Source: Macrostomum hystrix
Taxonomy: Eukaryota; Animalia; Platyhelminthes
Reading direction: 5' to 3'
Assembly: GCA_950097015.1 (NCBI GenBank)
Contig: CATNEN010000003.1
Location: forward strand, 2,294,001-2,358,000
Length of the DNA: 64,000 nt
A model generated the notes under the pieces. It worked only from the letters and a program-made list of their open reading frames with translations. It made no database searches and was not told the origin of the DNA. Below, piece by piece: positions 1 through 13,654 of this stretch (its first letter is position 1; each line of letters opens with the position of its first letter). Position numbers and translations under genes: made by a program.

Positions 1-730
1 CTTCTCCCTGCATCTCTCTCTTCTACCTGCATCTCTCTTCTCCCTGCATCTCTCTTCTCCCTGCATCTCTCTTCTCCCTGCATCTCTCTTCTCCCTGCAT
101 CTCTCTTCTCCCTGCATCTCTCTTCTCCCTGCATCTCTCTTCTCCCTGCATCTCTCTTCTACCTGCATCTCTCTCTTCTACCTGCATCTCTCTTCTACCT
201 GCATCTGTCTTCTACCTGCATCTCTCTCTTCTCCCTGCATCTCTCTTCTACCTGCATCTGTCTTCTACCTGCATCTCTCTCTTCTCCCTGCATCTCTCTT
301 CTACCTGCATCTGTCTTCTACCTGCATCTCTCTCTTCTCCCTGCATCTCTCTTCTACCTGCATCTGTCTTCTACCTGCATCTGTCTTCTACCTGCATCTC
401 TCTCTTCTCCCTGCATCTCTCTTCTACCTGCATCTGTCTTCTACCTGCATCTCTCTCTTCTCCCTGCATCTCTCTTCTACCTGCATCTGTCTTCTACCTG
501 CATCTCTCTCTTCTCCCTGCATCTCTCTTCTACTTGCATCTCTCTCTTCTACCTGCATCTCTCTTCTACCTGCATCTGTCTTCTACCTGCATCTCTCTCT
601 TCTCCCTGCATCTCTCTTCTACCTGCATCTGTCTTCTACCTGCATCTCTCTCTTCTCGCTGTATCTCTCTCTTCTCCTTGCATCTCTCTCTTCTACCTTC
701 ATCTCGCTTCACTCCATGCATCTCTCTGTT
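1..730. repeat. Minisatellite, 17-19 bp unit (ctctcttctmcctgcat)
   Basis: Directly visible tandem array. Confidence 0.95.
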
Positions 731-734
731 CTGT

Positions 735-1078
735 GCCAGAGCCGTTAACACGATTGCCTTTCGCACCAAGTTCGATTCCGCTTCGAGGTCACATTTATTT
801 GGTGCGCAGTCGCGGAGAGAAGGCTTGGGGGCTCGTCGTGCAATTTACGCCCTTGAGGGCCAACCTCCAAGGCACAGTGAGTGTTTACACTGCCTGACGA
901 TGAGAAAGTCAGGGCAGATGTACACACCTGTGTGAACGTGTGCCTGCGTACGGTATCTGTGTGCGTGTGTGCTCAGGAGTCAGCAGAATGGGCAGAAGTG
1001 CCTCCTCGCTGGATGTAGGTTCAGTGTCACCAAGCGATGTGCCATTGCCCGCAGCCCTCATGCAAAAAATATGCATCT
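735..1078 (+). mobile_element. tRNA-derived SINE family A, copy 1
   Basis: B-box gttcgattcc. Body nearly identical to the copies at 44472, 45302 and 52655. Confidence 0.8.
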
Positions 1079-1167
1079 CTCTTTCTATACTCTTCAAATC
1101 TCTCCCATTTTCTGAGCAGTCTCAGTTAACATGGCCTCTCTCTACTCCCTCCCGATGCATCCGGCAG

Positions 1168-1525
1168 TTCGTGGCGCACCCGCACTGCCAGCAGCTCCTA
1201 GCAGCTCTATGGTACGAAGGCCTGCCCGGATTCCGTCGGAAGCCGTTGTTCTTTCAAGTCGGCATGATCGGCGCCTACGCGGCGGTGTTCCCATTGTTGG
1301 CCTTTGTGTACCTATTGTTCCCGGGCTCGCGACTCGGCCAACAGATGCGAAAGCCGTTTATAAAGTTCATTTGTCACAGCGCCTCCTACCTCCTGTTCCT
1401 GGGTTTCTTAGTTCTGGCTGCCGTGCGCATCGAGGATGTCATGCTGGACACAATGGACACCAAGCTGGCGGAGAGGGGCTCCCTACCTTCAATAGTCGAG
1501 TGGATTATCGTTGTTTACGTGCTGG
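1168..1525 (+). CDS. TRPC: TRPC-family (TRP-gamma/TRPC4/5-like) cation channel, first visible exon (pre-S1 to S2). Ankyrin-repeat exons lie upstream of the window.
   Basis: cag|TTC acceptor. Translates FVAHPHCQQLLAALWYEGLPGFRRK...PFIKFICHSASYLLFL...EWIIVVYVLG, hallmark TRPC motifs. G|gtaag donor, phase 1. Confidence 0.95.
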
Positions 1526-1559
1526 GTAAGCGGCTTTTGATAAAACAGGTGTCGACTGA

Positions 1560-3920
1560 ACGGATTATCGAGTGTAGGTTAGATGAATTATCGTGGGTAG
1601 GTTAGATGGATTATCGTGGGTAGGTTAGATGGATTATCGAGCGTAGGTTAGATGGATTATCGTGGGTAGGTTAGATTGATTATCGTGGGTAGGTTAGATG
1701 AATTATCGTGGGTAGGTTAGATGGATTATCGTGAGAAGGTTAGATAGATTATCGTGAGAAGGTTAGATGGATTATCGTGGGTAGGTTAGATGGATTATCG
1801 GAAGTAGGTTAGTTGGATTATCGTGGGTAGGTTAGATGGATTATCGGAAATAGGTTAGTTGGATTATCGTGAGAAGGTTAGATGGATTATCGTGGGTAGG
1901 TTAGATGGATTATCGGAAGTAGGTTAGATGGATTATCGTGAGAAGGTTAGATAGATTATCGGAAGTGGGTTAGTTGGATTATCGTGAGAAGGTTAGATGG
2001 ATTATCGGAAGTAGGTTAGATGGATTATCGTGGGTAGGTTAGATGGATTATCGGAAGTAGGTTAGACGGATTATCGTGAGAAGGTTAGATTGATTATCGT
2101 GGGTAGGTTAGATGGATTATCGGAAGTAGGTTAGATGGATTATCGTGAGAAGGTTAGATTGATTATCGTGGGTAGGTTAGATGGATTATCGGAAGTGGGT
2201 TAGTTGGATTATCGTGAGAAGGTTAGATGGATTATCGGAAGTAGGTTAGATGGATTATCGTGAGAAGGTTAGATGGATTATCGAGCGTAGGTTAGATGGG
2301 TTATCATTTGTAGGTTAGATGGATTATCGTGTGTAGGTTAGATTGATTATCATTGGTAAGATAGATGGATTATCGAGTGTAAGATAGATGGATTATCGAT
2401 AGTTGGTAAGATGGATTATCGATAGTAGGTAAGATGGATTATCGATAGTAGGTAAGATGGATTATCGATAGTTGGTAAGATGGATTATCGATAGTAGGTA
2501 AGATGGATTATCGATAGTTGGTAAGATGGATTATCGATAGTAGGTAAGATGGATTATCGATAGTTGGTAAGATGGATTATCGATAGTAGGTAAGATGGAT
2601 TATCGATAGTAGGTAAGATGGATTATCGATAGCTGGTAAGATGGATTATCGATAGTAGGTAAGATGGATTATCGATAGTTGGTAAGATGGATTATCGATA
2701 GTAGGTAAGATAGATTATCGAGAGTAGGTTAGATGGATTATCGAGAGTAGTTTAGATGGATTATCGATAGTAGGTTAGATGGATTATCGTGAGAAGGTTA
2801 GATAGATTATCGGAAGTGGGTTAGTTGGATTATCGTGAGAAGGTTAGATGGATTATCGGAAGTAGGTTAGATGGATTATCGTGGGTAGGTTAGATGGATT
2901 ATCGGAAGTAGGTTAGATGGATTATCGTGAGAAGGTTAGATTGATTATCGTGGGTAGGTTAGATGGATTATCGGAAGTAGGTTAGATGGATTATCGTGAG
3001 AAGGTTAGATTGATTATCGTGGGTAGGTTAGATGGATTATCGGAAGTGGGTTAGTTGGATTATCGTGAGAAGGTTAGATGGATTATCGGAAGTAGGTTAG
3101 ATGGATTATCGTGAGAAGGTTAGATGGATTATCGAGCGTAGGTTAGATGGGTTATCATTTGTAGGTTAGATGGATTATAGTGTGTAGGTTAGATGGATTA
3201 TCGTTGGTAAGATAGATGGATTATCGAGTGTAAGATAGATGGATTATCGATAGTTGGTAAGATGGATTATCGATAGTAGGTAAGATGGATTATCGATAGT
3301 TGGTAAGATGGATTATCGATAGTAGGTAAGATGGATTATCGATAGTTGGTAAGATGGATTATCGATAGTAGGTAAGATGGATTATCGATAGTTGGTAAGA
3401 TGGATTATCGATAGTAGGTAAGATGGATTATCGATAGTTGGTAAGATGGATTATCGATAGTTGGTAAGATGGATTATCGATAGTAGGTAAGATGGATTAT
3501 CGATAGTTGGTAAGATGGATTATCGATAGTTGGTAAGATGGGTTATCGATAGTAGGTAAGATGGATTATCGATAGTTGGTAAGATGGATTATCGATAGTA
3601 GGTAAGATGGATTATCGATAGTTGGTAAGATGGATTATTGATAGTTGATAAGATGGATTATCGATAGTAGGTAAGATGGATTATCGATAGTTGGTAAGAT
3701 GGATTATCGATAGTTGGTAAGATGGATTATCGATAGTAGGTAAGATAGATTATCGAGAGTAGGTTAGATGGATTATCGAGAGTAGTTTAGATGGATTATC
3801 GATAGTAGGTTAGATGGATTATCGAGAGTAGGTTAGATGGATTATCGATAGTAGGTTAGATGGATTATCGATAGTAGGTTAGATGGATTATCGAGAGTAG
3901 GTTAGATGGATTATCGAGGA
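1560..3920. repeat. Minisatellite, 23 bp unit (gatggattatcgatagtaggtaa and variants)
   Basis: About 100 units with an internal 851-bp block duplication. Confidence 0.95.
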
Positions 3921-4224
3921 GAGATATTAAAGATAATTTCTTTATATTAATTCTAAATGAAGTGGTTTGCATTTGTTGAAGATTTAAAATACGAGTCGTA
4001 GTTAATCTGCCCTCAGCTGCATGCATGTGACAGAAAGCAAAGCAAGATTCCAAGACTGACTAAAATAGGATACAGTTGTGTTTTGCAGTCAGATTTTAAA
4101 TTATGAAGTGACGAGTACAGAATGCAATTATAGAAAATGTGTAGCAGATGCTGTGACCTGGTTTTTGGCAGCTGGTAACATTGCTTTTTCTGTAATACCA
4201 CAGCATCTCTTCATTCTATCATTC

Positions 4225-6000
4225 TAGCTCTCGCCTCTCCCTACATCTCTCTCCTCTCCCTACATCTCTCTCCTCTCCCTACATCTCTCTCCTCTCCCTA
4301 CATCTCTCTCCTCTCCCTACATCTCTAGCTCTCCTCTCCCTACATCTCACTCCTCTCCCTACAACTCTCTCCTCTCCCTACATCTTCTGTCTTCTATCTT
4401 CTGTCCCAAAATCTATTCTCTCCCAAAATCTCTTCTCTCCCAAAATTTATTGTCTCCCAAAATCTCTTTCCTCCAAAAATCTCTTCTCTCCTAAAATCTC
4501 TTCTGTCCCAAAATCTATTCTCTCCCAAAATATCTTCTCTCCCAAAATTTATTCTCGCCCAAAATCTCTTCTCTCCCAAAATTTATTGTCTCCAAAAATC
4601 TCTTCTCTCCCAAATCTCTTCTGTCCCAAAATCTCTTCTCTCCCAAAATATCTTCTGTCCCAAAAATTTTTTGTCTCCTAAAATCTCTTCTCTCCTAAAA
4701 TCTCTTCTGTCCCAAAATCTCTTCTCTCCCAAAATCTCTTCTCTCCCAAAATTTATTGTCTCCAAAAATCTCTTCTCTCCTAAAATCTCTTCTGTCCCAA
4801 AATCTCTTCTCTCCCAAAATATCTTCTGTCCCAAAAATTTTTTGTCTCCTAAAATCTCTTTTCTCCAAAAATCTCTTCTCTCCTAAAATCTCTTCTCTCC
4901 TAAAATCTCTTCTATCCCAAAATCTCTTCTCTCCTAAAATCTCTTCTCTCCTAAAATCTCTTCTCTCCCAAATCTCTTCTGTCCCAAAATCTCTTCTTTC
5001 CAAAAATCTCTTCTCTCCTAAAATCTCTTCTCTCCTAAAATCTCTTCTCTCCTAAAATCTCTTCTCTCCTAAAATCTCTTCTCTCCCAAATCTCTTCTGT
5101 CCCAAAATCTCTTCTTTCCAAAAATCTCTTCTCTCCTAAAATCTCTTCTCTCCTAAAATCTCTTCTCTCCTAAAATCTCTTCTCTCCCAAATCTCTTCTG
5201 TCCCAAAATCTCTTCTTTCCAAAAATCTCTTCTCTCCTAAAATCTCTTCTCTCCTAAAATCTCTTCTCTCCCAAAATCTCTTCTGTCCCAAAATCTCTTC
5301 TTTCCAAAAATCTCTTCTCTCCTAAAATATATTCTCTCCTAAAATCTCTTCTCTCCCAAATCTCTTCTGTCCCAAAATCTCTTCTTTCCAAAAATCTCTT
5401 CTCTCCCAAAATATCTTCTCTCCAAAAATCTCTTCTCTCCTAAAATCTCTTCTCTCCCAAAATCTCTTCTCTCCCAACATTTATTCTCTCCCAAAATATA
5501 TTCTCTCCCAAAATCTCTTCTATCCCAAAATCTCTTCTCTCCCAAAATTTCTTCTGTCCCAAAATCTATTCTCTCCCAAAATCTATTCTCTCCCAAAATC
5601 TATTCTCTCCTAAAATCTCTTCTCTTCTAAAATATCTTCTCTCCTAAAATCTATTGTCTCCCAAAATATTTTCTCTCCCAAAATATCTGCTCTCCTAAAA
5701 TGTCTTCTCTCCTAAAATATATTCTCTCCCAAAATCTATTCTCTCCTAAAATCTCTTCTCTTCTAAAATATCTTCTCTCCTAAAATCTATTGTCTCCCAA
5801 AATATTTTCTCTCCCAAAATATCTTCTCTCCTAAAATGTCTTCTCTCCTAAAATATATTCTCTCCCAAAATCTCTTCTCTCCCAAAATATATTCTCTCCT
5901 AAAATCTCTTCTCTTACAAAATCTCTTCTCTCCCAAAATCTCTTCTCTCCCAAAATCTCTTCTCTCCAAAAATCTCTTGTCTCCCTAAATATCTTCTCTC
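4225..6000. repeat. Adjacent minisatellites: 19 bp (ctccctacatctctctcct) then 17 bp (tctcttctctcccaaaa)
   Basis: Directly visible tandem arrays. Confidence 0.95.
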
Positions 6001-6384
6001 CCCTTTCTCTGCATCTTCTTTATAAACGTAGGTCGATTTTCACAGCCCAACTTGCTCGAACAAGGAACCCACAATACTTTCTGATCTTATCAGTCAGTGC
6101 TAAAGCAGAAATTTCATACTGTAAATGTCAATTGCGGCAATAGAAGCAAATGCACTTATAATACGCCAGATTATTGTAAAATCCACAAACTAAAACCCAC
6201 TCTTGTCCAACTGTAGGTAGAAATATAGTCTATAGACACCATGTTTAGATTGTTCCTAAATAATTTGGTTTTTATGTATCAATCTGGACTAGGGTCCACT
6301 TATTAGATTTAGGCCAGACAAGTGGAAAGATAGAATAATTGGATTTCTATGCCATTATAGCAAACAATTTGGTTTGCGTTTGTA

Positions 6385-8665
6385 TCTGCTCTCTATTGTC
6401 TACTCTCTATTGTCTGCTCTCTATTGTCTGCTCTCTATTGTCTGCTCTCTATTGTCTGCTCTCTATTGTCTACTCTCTATTGTCTACTCTCTATTGTCTA
6501 CTCTCTATTGTCTATTGTCTACTCTCTATTGTCTACTCTCTATTGTCTACTCTCTATTGTCTACTCTCTATTGTCTACTCTCTATTGTCTACTCTCTATT
6601 GTCTACTCTCTATTGTCTATTATCTATTGTCTGCTCTCTATTGTCTGCTCTCTATTGTCTACTCTCTATTGTCTACTCTCTATTGTCTACTCTCTATTGT
6701 CTGCTCTCTATTGTCTGCTCTCTATTGTCTGCTCTCTATTGTCTACTCTCTATTGTCTACTCTCTATTGTCTACTCTCTATTGTCTATTGTCAACTCTCT
6801 ATTGTCTACTCTCTATTGTCTACTCTCTATTGTCTACTCTCTATTGTCTACTCTCTATTGTCTATTATCTATTGTCTGCTCTCTATTGTCTACTCTCTAT
6901 TGTCTACTCTCTATTGTCTGCTCTCTATTGTCTGCTCTCTATTGTCTGCTCTCTATTGTCTACTCTCTATTGTCTATTATCTATTGTCTACTCTCTATTG
7001 TCTACTCTCTATTGCCTATTATCTATTGTCTACTCTCTATTGTCTACTCTCTATTCTCTTCTCTCTATTCTCTACTCTCTATTGTCTACTCTCTATTGTC
7101 TACTCTCTATTCTCTTCTCTCTATTGTCTACTCTCTATTGTCTGCTCTCTATTGTCTACTCTCTATTCTCTTCTCTCTATTGTCTACTCTCTATTGTCTA
7201 TTATCTATTGTCTACTCTCTATTGTCTACTCTCTATTGTCTATTGTCTACTCTCTATTGTCTACTCTCTATTGTCTACTCTCTATTGTCTACTCTCTATT
7301 GTCTATTGTCTACTCTCTATTGTCTACTCTCTATTGTCTACTCTCTATTGTCTACTCTCTATTGTCTGCTCTCTATTCTCTACTCTCTATTGTCTATTGT
7401 CTACTCTCTATTGTCTCATCTCTATTGTCTGCTCTCTATTGTCTACTCTCTATTTTCTGCTCTCTATTGTCTGCTCTCTATTGTCTGCTCTCTATTGTCT
7501 CATCTCTATTGTCTGCTCTCTATTGTCTCATCTCTATTGTCTGCTCTCTATTGTCTATTATCTATTGTCTGCTCTCTATCGTCTGCTCTCTATTGTCTAC
7601 TCTCTATTGTCTACTCTCTATTGTCTCATCTCCATTGTCTGCTCTCTATTGTCTACTCTCTATTGTCTACTCTCTATGGTCTACTCTCTATTGTCTACTC
7701 TCTATTGTCTACTCTCTATTGTCTACTCTCTATTGTCTACTCTCTATTGTCTACTCTCTATTGTCTATTATCTATTGTCTACTCTCTATTGTCTACTCTC
7801 TATTGTCTATTGTCTACTCTCTATTGTCTACTCTCTATTGTCTACTCTCTATTCTCTACTCTCTATTGTCTACTCTCTATTGTCTACTCTCTATTGTCTA
7901 CTCTCTATTGTCTACTATCTATTGTCTACTCTCTATTGTCTACTCTCTATTGTCTACTCTCTATTGTCTGCTCTCTATTCTCTACTCTCTATTGTCTACT
8001 CTCTATTGTCTACTCTCTATTGTCTACTCTCTATTGTCTATTATCTATTGTCTACTCTCTATTGTCTACTGTCTATTGTCTATTGTCTACTCTCTATTGT
8101 CTACTCTCTATTGTCTACTCTCTATTGTCTACTCTCTATTGTCTACTCTCTATTGTCTACTCTCTATTGTCTACTATCTATTGTCTACTCTCTATTGTCT
8201 ACTCTCTATTGTCTACTCTCTATTGTCTGCTCTCTATTCTCTACTCTCTATTGTCTACTCTCTATTGTCTACTCTCTATTGTCTACTCTCTATTGTCTAC
8301 TCTCTATTGTCTACTCTCTATTGTCTACTCTCTATTGTCTACTCTCTATTGTCTACTCTCTATTCTCTACTCTCTATTGTCTACTCTCTATTGTCTACTC
8401 TCTATTGTCTACTCTCTATTGTCTATTATCTATTGTCTACTCTCTATTGTCTACTCTCTATTGTCTATTGTCTACTCTCTATTGTCTACTCTCTATTGTC
8501 TACTCTCTATTGTCTGCTCTCTATTGTCTACTCTCTATTGTCTACTCTCTATTGTCTACTCTCTATTGTCTACTCTCTATTGTCTACTCTCTATTGTCTA
8601 CTCTATATTGTCTACTCTCTTTTGTCTACTCTCTATTGTCTACTCTCTATTGTCTACTCTCTCTC
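6385..8665. repeat. Minisatellite, 14 bp unit (ctctctattgtcta)
   Basis: Directly visible. Produces three spurious 748-778 aa ORFs. Confidence 0.97.
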
Positions 8666-8799
8666 ACTAGGTTAATATCGTCTTGCAATAGCCTCATTGA
8701 AACCTGATTATAAATTTCTATTAAATGTATTAATCCAGACATTACATATGATGGTGACATATTTTCTAATCGATACGATATAATTTCCAAATCAACCAG

Positions 8800-8939
8800 G
8801 TTTCGTCTGGCAGGAAGTCAAACAGCTGTGGAGCGAAGGCGTAAAAGCCTATGTGACTGACATGTGGAACCTGTTAGACTTTGTCACTAATTCTTTGTAC
8901 ATCGCTACCATAACACTGCGTGGCGTTGCTTGGTATCTG
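8800..8939 (+). CDS. TRPC: TRPC exon (S2-S3)
   Basis: cag|GT acceptor matches phase 1. GFVWQEVKQLWSEGVKAYVTDMWNLLDFVTNSLYIATITLRGVAWYL, then a gtgagt donor. Absent from the ORF track. Confidence 0.93.
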
Positions 8940-10074
8940 GTGAGTGGAATTGTGCAATTTTAATTCAATTACAAAATGGAGAAACACGACTGCAAAGAAT
9001 GGAAGTTTCCATTCATTCAAGGTCATTGTCTAAAAGTTCTTTCTAGGAGAAAACCTGGTTGTCAAAGTCAGATGATTGAATCATGGAATTTTCCGTTTTT
9101 TTCAACGCGCCTATATTAAGATGGATATTTTCATTATTTAAGAGTAGGAAGAACACGAGGGTATTGATTTTCAAATTCTATTTCAAACAAACAAACAAAC
9201 AAACAAACAAACAACCAAACAAACAAACAAACAAACAAACAAACAAACGCCCGCGGGGAGGGGGTGGTCGTGTGTACCCGATCCCCGTGGTCTTTCCCAG
9301 TAGTCCTTCTATTGTCTTGATTGAGTCTTTGTTTTCGTAGGAAATTATATTCATTCAAGGTCAATATTGAAGTGAAAATTATTCTTTTTTATTCTAGTCA
9401 GCCTCTCGGCTTTAAATTTTCAATTCAGCTAATTGAACCCGTCAGGTTGTGAAATTTTTATGCTTTCACGCGAAAGAAAAAATCTAATTTATGTAATGCA
9501 AAAAATCATCTAGAATGATTCATAATAGTTGGGAAGTTTGGACGCGGCTTGTTAATCCCATTTCCCAATACCACTGACAGTTCCCTAATCCTATATGTGT
9601 GTATCATACAATGTGTATAGTTTAGCAGTTCATTCTAAAGTGTAATTTCTGTTGCATATTACTGTCAAAACTGTTAACGATCCAGACAGACGCTTCGCGC
9701 TCAATAACTCTTCTCTCCATATACTTGCTGTGCAGTTTTCTTGCGTGTGTTGCATTCGATCAATCAGAACTCTCACTTCTCAATCCACTGAGAGGGACCC
9801 CCCGGTCTCTATTCTAATATGGACTCAAGCCTTCAAAACTGGACACTTTGCCCCAGTTGAGCTGGCAGTTTGAGTAGTGGACCTTGGTAAGTTTGGAGCT
9901 GAGTTCTAGAAAAACAGCCTGTGTTTCAATATAAGAATGTGCTCAAGCACTGACTACATGCACTACAAGTATCTTAGTGATAGAATATTTTATTTCAATA
10001 ATTCAGGGGGGAAATATTAACAATTCTGCAGTTCCTATCAAAGTCTGCTTCATAAAAACCATGACAGATCGCTC

Positions 10075-11190
10075 TCGGATAATCACTCTAGGATAATCAC
10101 TCTAAGATAATCACACCAGGATAATCACACCAGGATAATAACTCTTGGATAATCACTCTAGGATAATCAATCTGATTATAATCACTCTAGGATAATCAAT
10201 CTGATTATAATCACTCTAGGATAATCAATCTGATTATAATCACTCTAGGATAATCAATCTGATGATAATCACTCTAGGATAATCAATCTGATGATAATCA
10301 CTTTAGGATAATCACTCTAGGATAATCACACCAGGATAATCACTCTAGGATAATCACTCTAGGATAATCACACCAATATAATCACTCTAGGATAATCACT
10401 CTATGATAATCACTCTAGGATAATCACTCTAGGATAATCACTCTAGGATAATCACTCTAGGATAATCACACCAATATAATCACTCTAGGATAATCACTCT
10501 AGGATAATCACACCAATATAATCACTCTAGGATAATCACTCTAGGATAATCACTCTAGGATAATCACTCTAGGACAATCACTCAAGGAGTACCACTCTGA
10601 GGATAATCATACTAGGATAATCACTCAAGGAGTACCACTCTGAGGATAATCATACTAGGATAATCACTCTAGGATAATCACTCTATTAGAATCACTCAAG
10701 GATAATCACTCTGAGGATAAACACACTAGGATAATCGCTCTGAGGACAATCACACTAGGATATTCACTCTATTAGAATCACTCTAGGATAATCACTCTAT
10801 TAGAATCGCTCAAGGATAATCACTCTGAGGATAATCACACTAGGATAATCACTCTATTAGAATCACTCTAGGATAATCACTCTATTAGAATCACTCTAGG
10901 ATAATCACTCTAGGATAATCACACTAGGATAATCACTCTATTAGAATCACTCAAGGATTATCACTGTGAGGATAATCACACTAGGATAATCACTCTGAGG
11001 ACAACCACTCCGAGGATAACCACTCTGAGGATAACCACTCCGAGGATAACCACTCCGAGGATAACCACTCCGAGGATAAACACTCCGAGGATAACCACTC
11101 CGAGGATAACCACTCCGAGGATAACCACTCCGAGGATAACCACTCCGAGGATAACCACTCCGAGGATAACCACTCTCGAATAATCACTCC
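10075..11190. repeat. Minisatellite, 14-15 bp unit (ggataatcactcta grading to ggataaccactccga)
   Basis: Runs directly into the TRPC acceptor at 11195. Confidence 0.95.
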
Positions 11191-11195
11191 CCCAG

Positions 11196-11569
11196 GTGCA
11201 AAAGAACTCGGAGCTACGCAGCATCCACCGTCAGCACTGGGACGCGTACGATCCAACACTGATCTCCGAGTGCCTATTCGCTACGGCTAACATATTCTCT
11301 ATGCTAAAGCTGGTGTATATATTCACAGTGAATCCACATCTCGGACCGTTGCAAATCTCACTAGGCAGAATGCTGTCAGATATTCTAAAGTTTCTATTCG
11401 TGGTACTGCTGGTGCTGTGCAGCTTCGCGTGCGGATTCAACCAGCTCTATTGGTTCTACGCCTACGAGAGAAATAAATACTGCAAGAATAACAAATGGTG
11501 GTTCGGCATCACCGGACAAGACCTCGAGAAATATCAGTACTGCGTTACTAGGGGCCGAGTGTTCTCAAA
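11196..11569 (+). CDS. TRPC: TRPC exon (S4-S5)
   Basis: cag|GTG acceptor. [25 protein letters not shown]...[19 protein letters not shown]...[14 protein letters not shown]|gtgagt donor, phase 2. Confidence 0.95.
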
Positions 11570-11619
11570 GTGAGTCTGCTACTGAAATAAGAGTCTGGCT
11601 GGGGTGAAGTGGAATAGGT

Positions 11620-13230
11620 AAATAGGTGAGAGAGTTGTAGATAAGAGACAGGTGAGACAGAAGTAGATAAGAGACATGTGAGAGAGTTGTAGATAAGAGA
11701 CAGGTGAGAGAGTTGTAGATAAGAGACATGTGAGAGAGTTGTAGATAAGAGACAAGTGAGAGAGTTGTAGATAAGAGACAGGTGAGAGAGTTGTAGATAA
11801 GAGACAGGTGAGAGAGTTGTAGATAAGAGACAGGTGAGAGAGTTGTAGATAAGAGACAGGTGAGAGAGTTGTAGATAAGAGACAGGTGAGAGAGTTGTAG
11901 ATAAGAGACAGGTGAGAGAGTTGTAGATAAGAGACAGGTGAGAGAGTTGTAGATAAGAGACAGGTGAGAGAGTTGTAGATAAGGGACAGGTGAGAGAGTT
12001 GTAGATAAGAGACAGGTGAGAGAGTTGTAGATAAGAGACAGGTGAGAGAGTTGTAGATAAGAGACAGGTGAGAGAGTTGTAGATAAGGGACAGGTGAGAG
12101 AGTTGTAGATAAGAGACAGGTGAGAGAGTTGTAGATAAGAGACAGGTGAGAGAGTTGTAGATAAGGGACAGGTGAGAGAGTTGTAGATAAGAGACAGGTG
12201 AGAGAGTTGTAGATAAGAGACAGGTGAGAGAGTTGTAGATAAGAGACAGGTGAGAGAGTTGTAGATAAGGGACAGGTGAGAGAGTTGTAGATAAGAGACA
12301 GGTGAGAGAGTTGTAGATAAGAGACAGGTGAGAGAGTTGTAGATAAGAGACAGGTGAGAGAGAAGTAGATAAGAGACAGGTGAGAGAGAAGTAGATAAGA
12401 GACAGGTGAGAGAGAAGTAGATAAGAGACAGGTGAGAGAGTTGTAGATAAGAGACAGGTGAGAGAGTTGTAGATAAGAGACAGGTGAGAGAGTTGTAGAT
12501 AAGGGACAGGTGAGAGAGTTGTAGATAAGAGACAGGTGAGAGAGTTGTAGATAAGAGACAGGTGAGAGAGTTGTAGATAAGAGACAGGTGAGAGAGTTGT
12601 AGATAAGAGACAGGTGAGAGAGTTGTAGATAAGAGACAGGTGAGAGAGTTGTAGATAAGAGACAGGTGAGAGAGTTGTAGATAAGGGACAGGTGAGAGAG
12701 TTGTAGATAAGAGACAGGTGAGAGAGTTGTAGATAAGAGACAGGTGAGAGAGTTGTAGATAAGGGACAGGTGAGAGAGTTGTAGATAAGAGACAGGTGAG
12801 AGAGAAGTAGATAAGAGACAGGTGAGAGAGAAGTAGATAAGAGACAGGTGAGAGAGAAGTAGATAAGAGACAGGTGAGAGAGTTGTAGATAAGAGACAGG
12901 TGAGAGAGTTGTAGATAAGAGACAGGTGAGAGAGTTGTAGATAAGGGACAGGTGAGAGAGTTGTAGATAAGAGACAGGTGAGAGAGTTGTAGATAAGAGA
13001 CAGGTGAGAGAGTTGTAGATAAGGGACAGGTGAGAGAGTTGTAGATAAGAGACAGGTGAGAGAGTTGTAGATAAGAGACAGGTGAGAGAGTTGTAGATAA
13101 GAGACAGGTGAGAGAGTTGTAGATAAGGGACAGGTGAGAGAGTTGTAGATAAGGGGCAGGTGAGAGAGTTGTAGATAAGGGACAGGTGAGAGAGTTGTAG
13201 ATAAGGGACAGGTGAGAGAGTTGTAGATAA
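11620..13230. repeat. Minisatellite, 26 bp unit (agataagagacaggtgagagagttgt)
   Basis: About 60 highly homogeneous units. Confidence 0.97.
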
Positions 13231-13654
13231 GAGTTGTTGATATGTTACTCAAAATATTTATATACAATTGACGTAGGTTGAATCACAAATCGCATCCCAT
13301 ACAGAGCAGACAAAGCAAACAGGCAATTAAAATTCCAGCGCTTGGTGCAATTTGTTCTAGTTTTTATTGGACAATTGTAGGAAAATTTCTTCTCGCCTTT
13401 CTATCTTCCTGAGGGGTTTCTTATACAGGTGGTTTCTTAAATGCACAATCTATTCTTTTATTGCACTTCTGTATTACCTTTCTTCTTCCGTTTCACTGCA
13501 AAATCACTGACCTTGGCCAAGTTTCAGATTTGCATATTAATTAGAGGTGAATAGAGGAAATATAGGAGATTTTGTAAATATTGGAGATTTTGGGGAATCT
13601 TAGATGAGTTTAGTTCTCTCCATACTTTTCCGGCTTCCTATCATTCGCTATTTT

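Noticed and set aside
6339-8707. Three overlapping 748-778 aa ORFs, and similar long ORFs at 11579, 13604, 15011, 23059, 24350, 47534, 53237, 55228 and 60656
   Set aside because: They are translations of stop-free tandem-repeat units, often open in several frames at once, and most lie within introns of the spliced genes.
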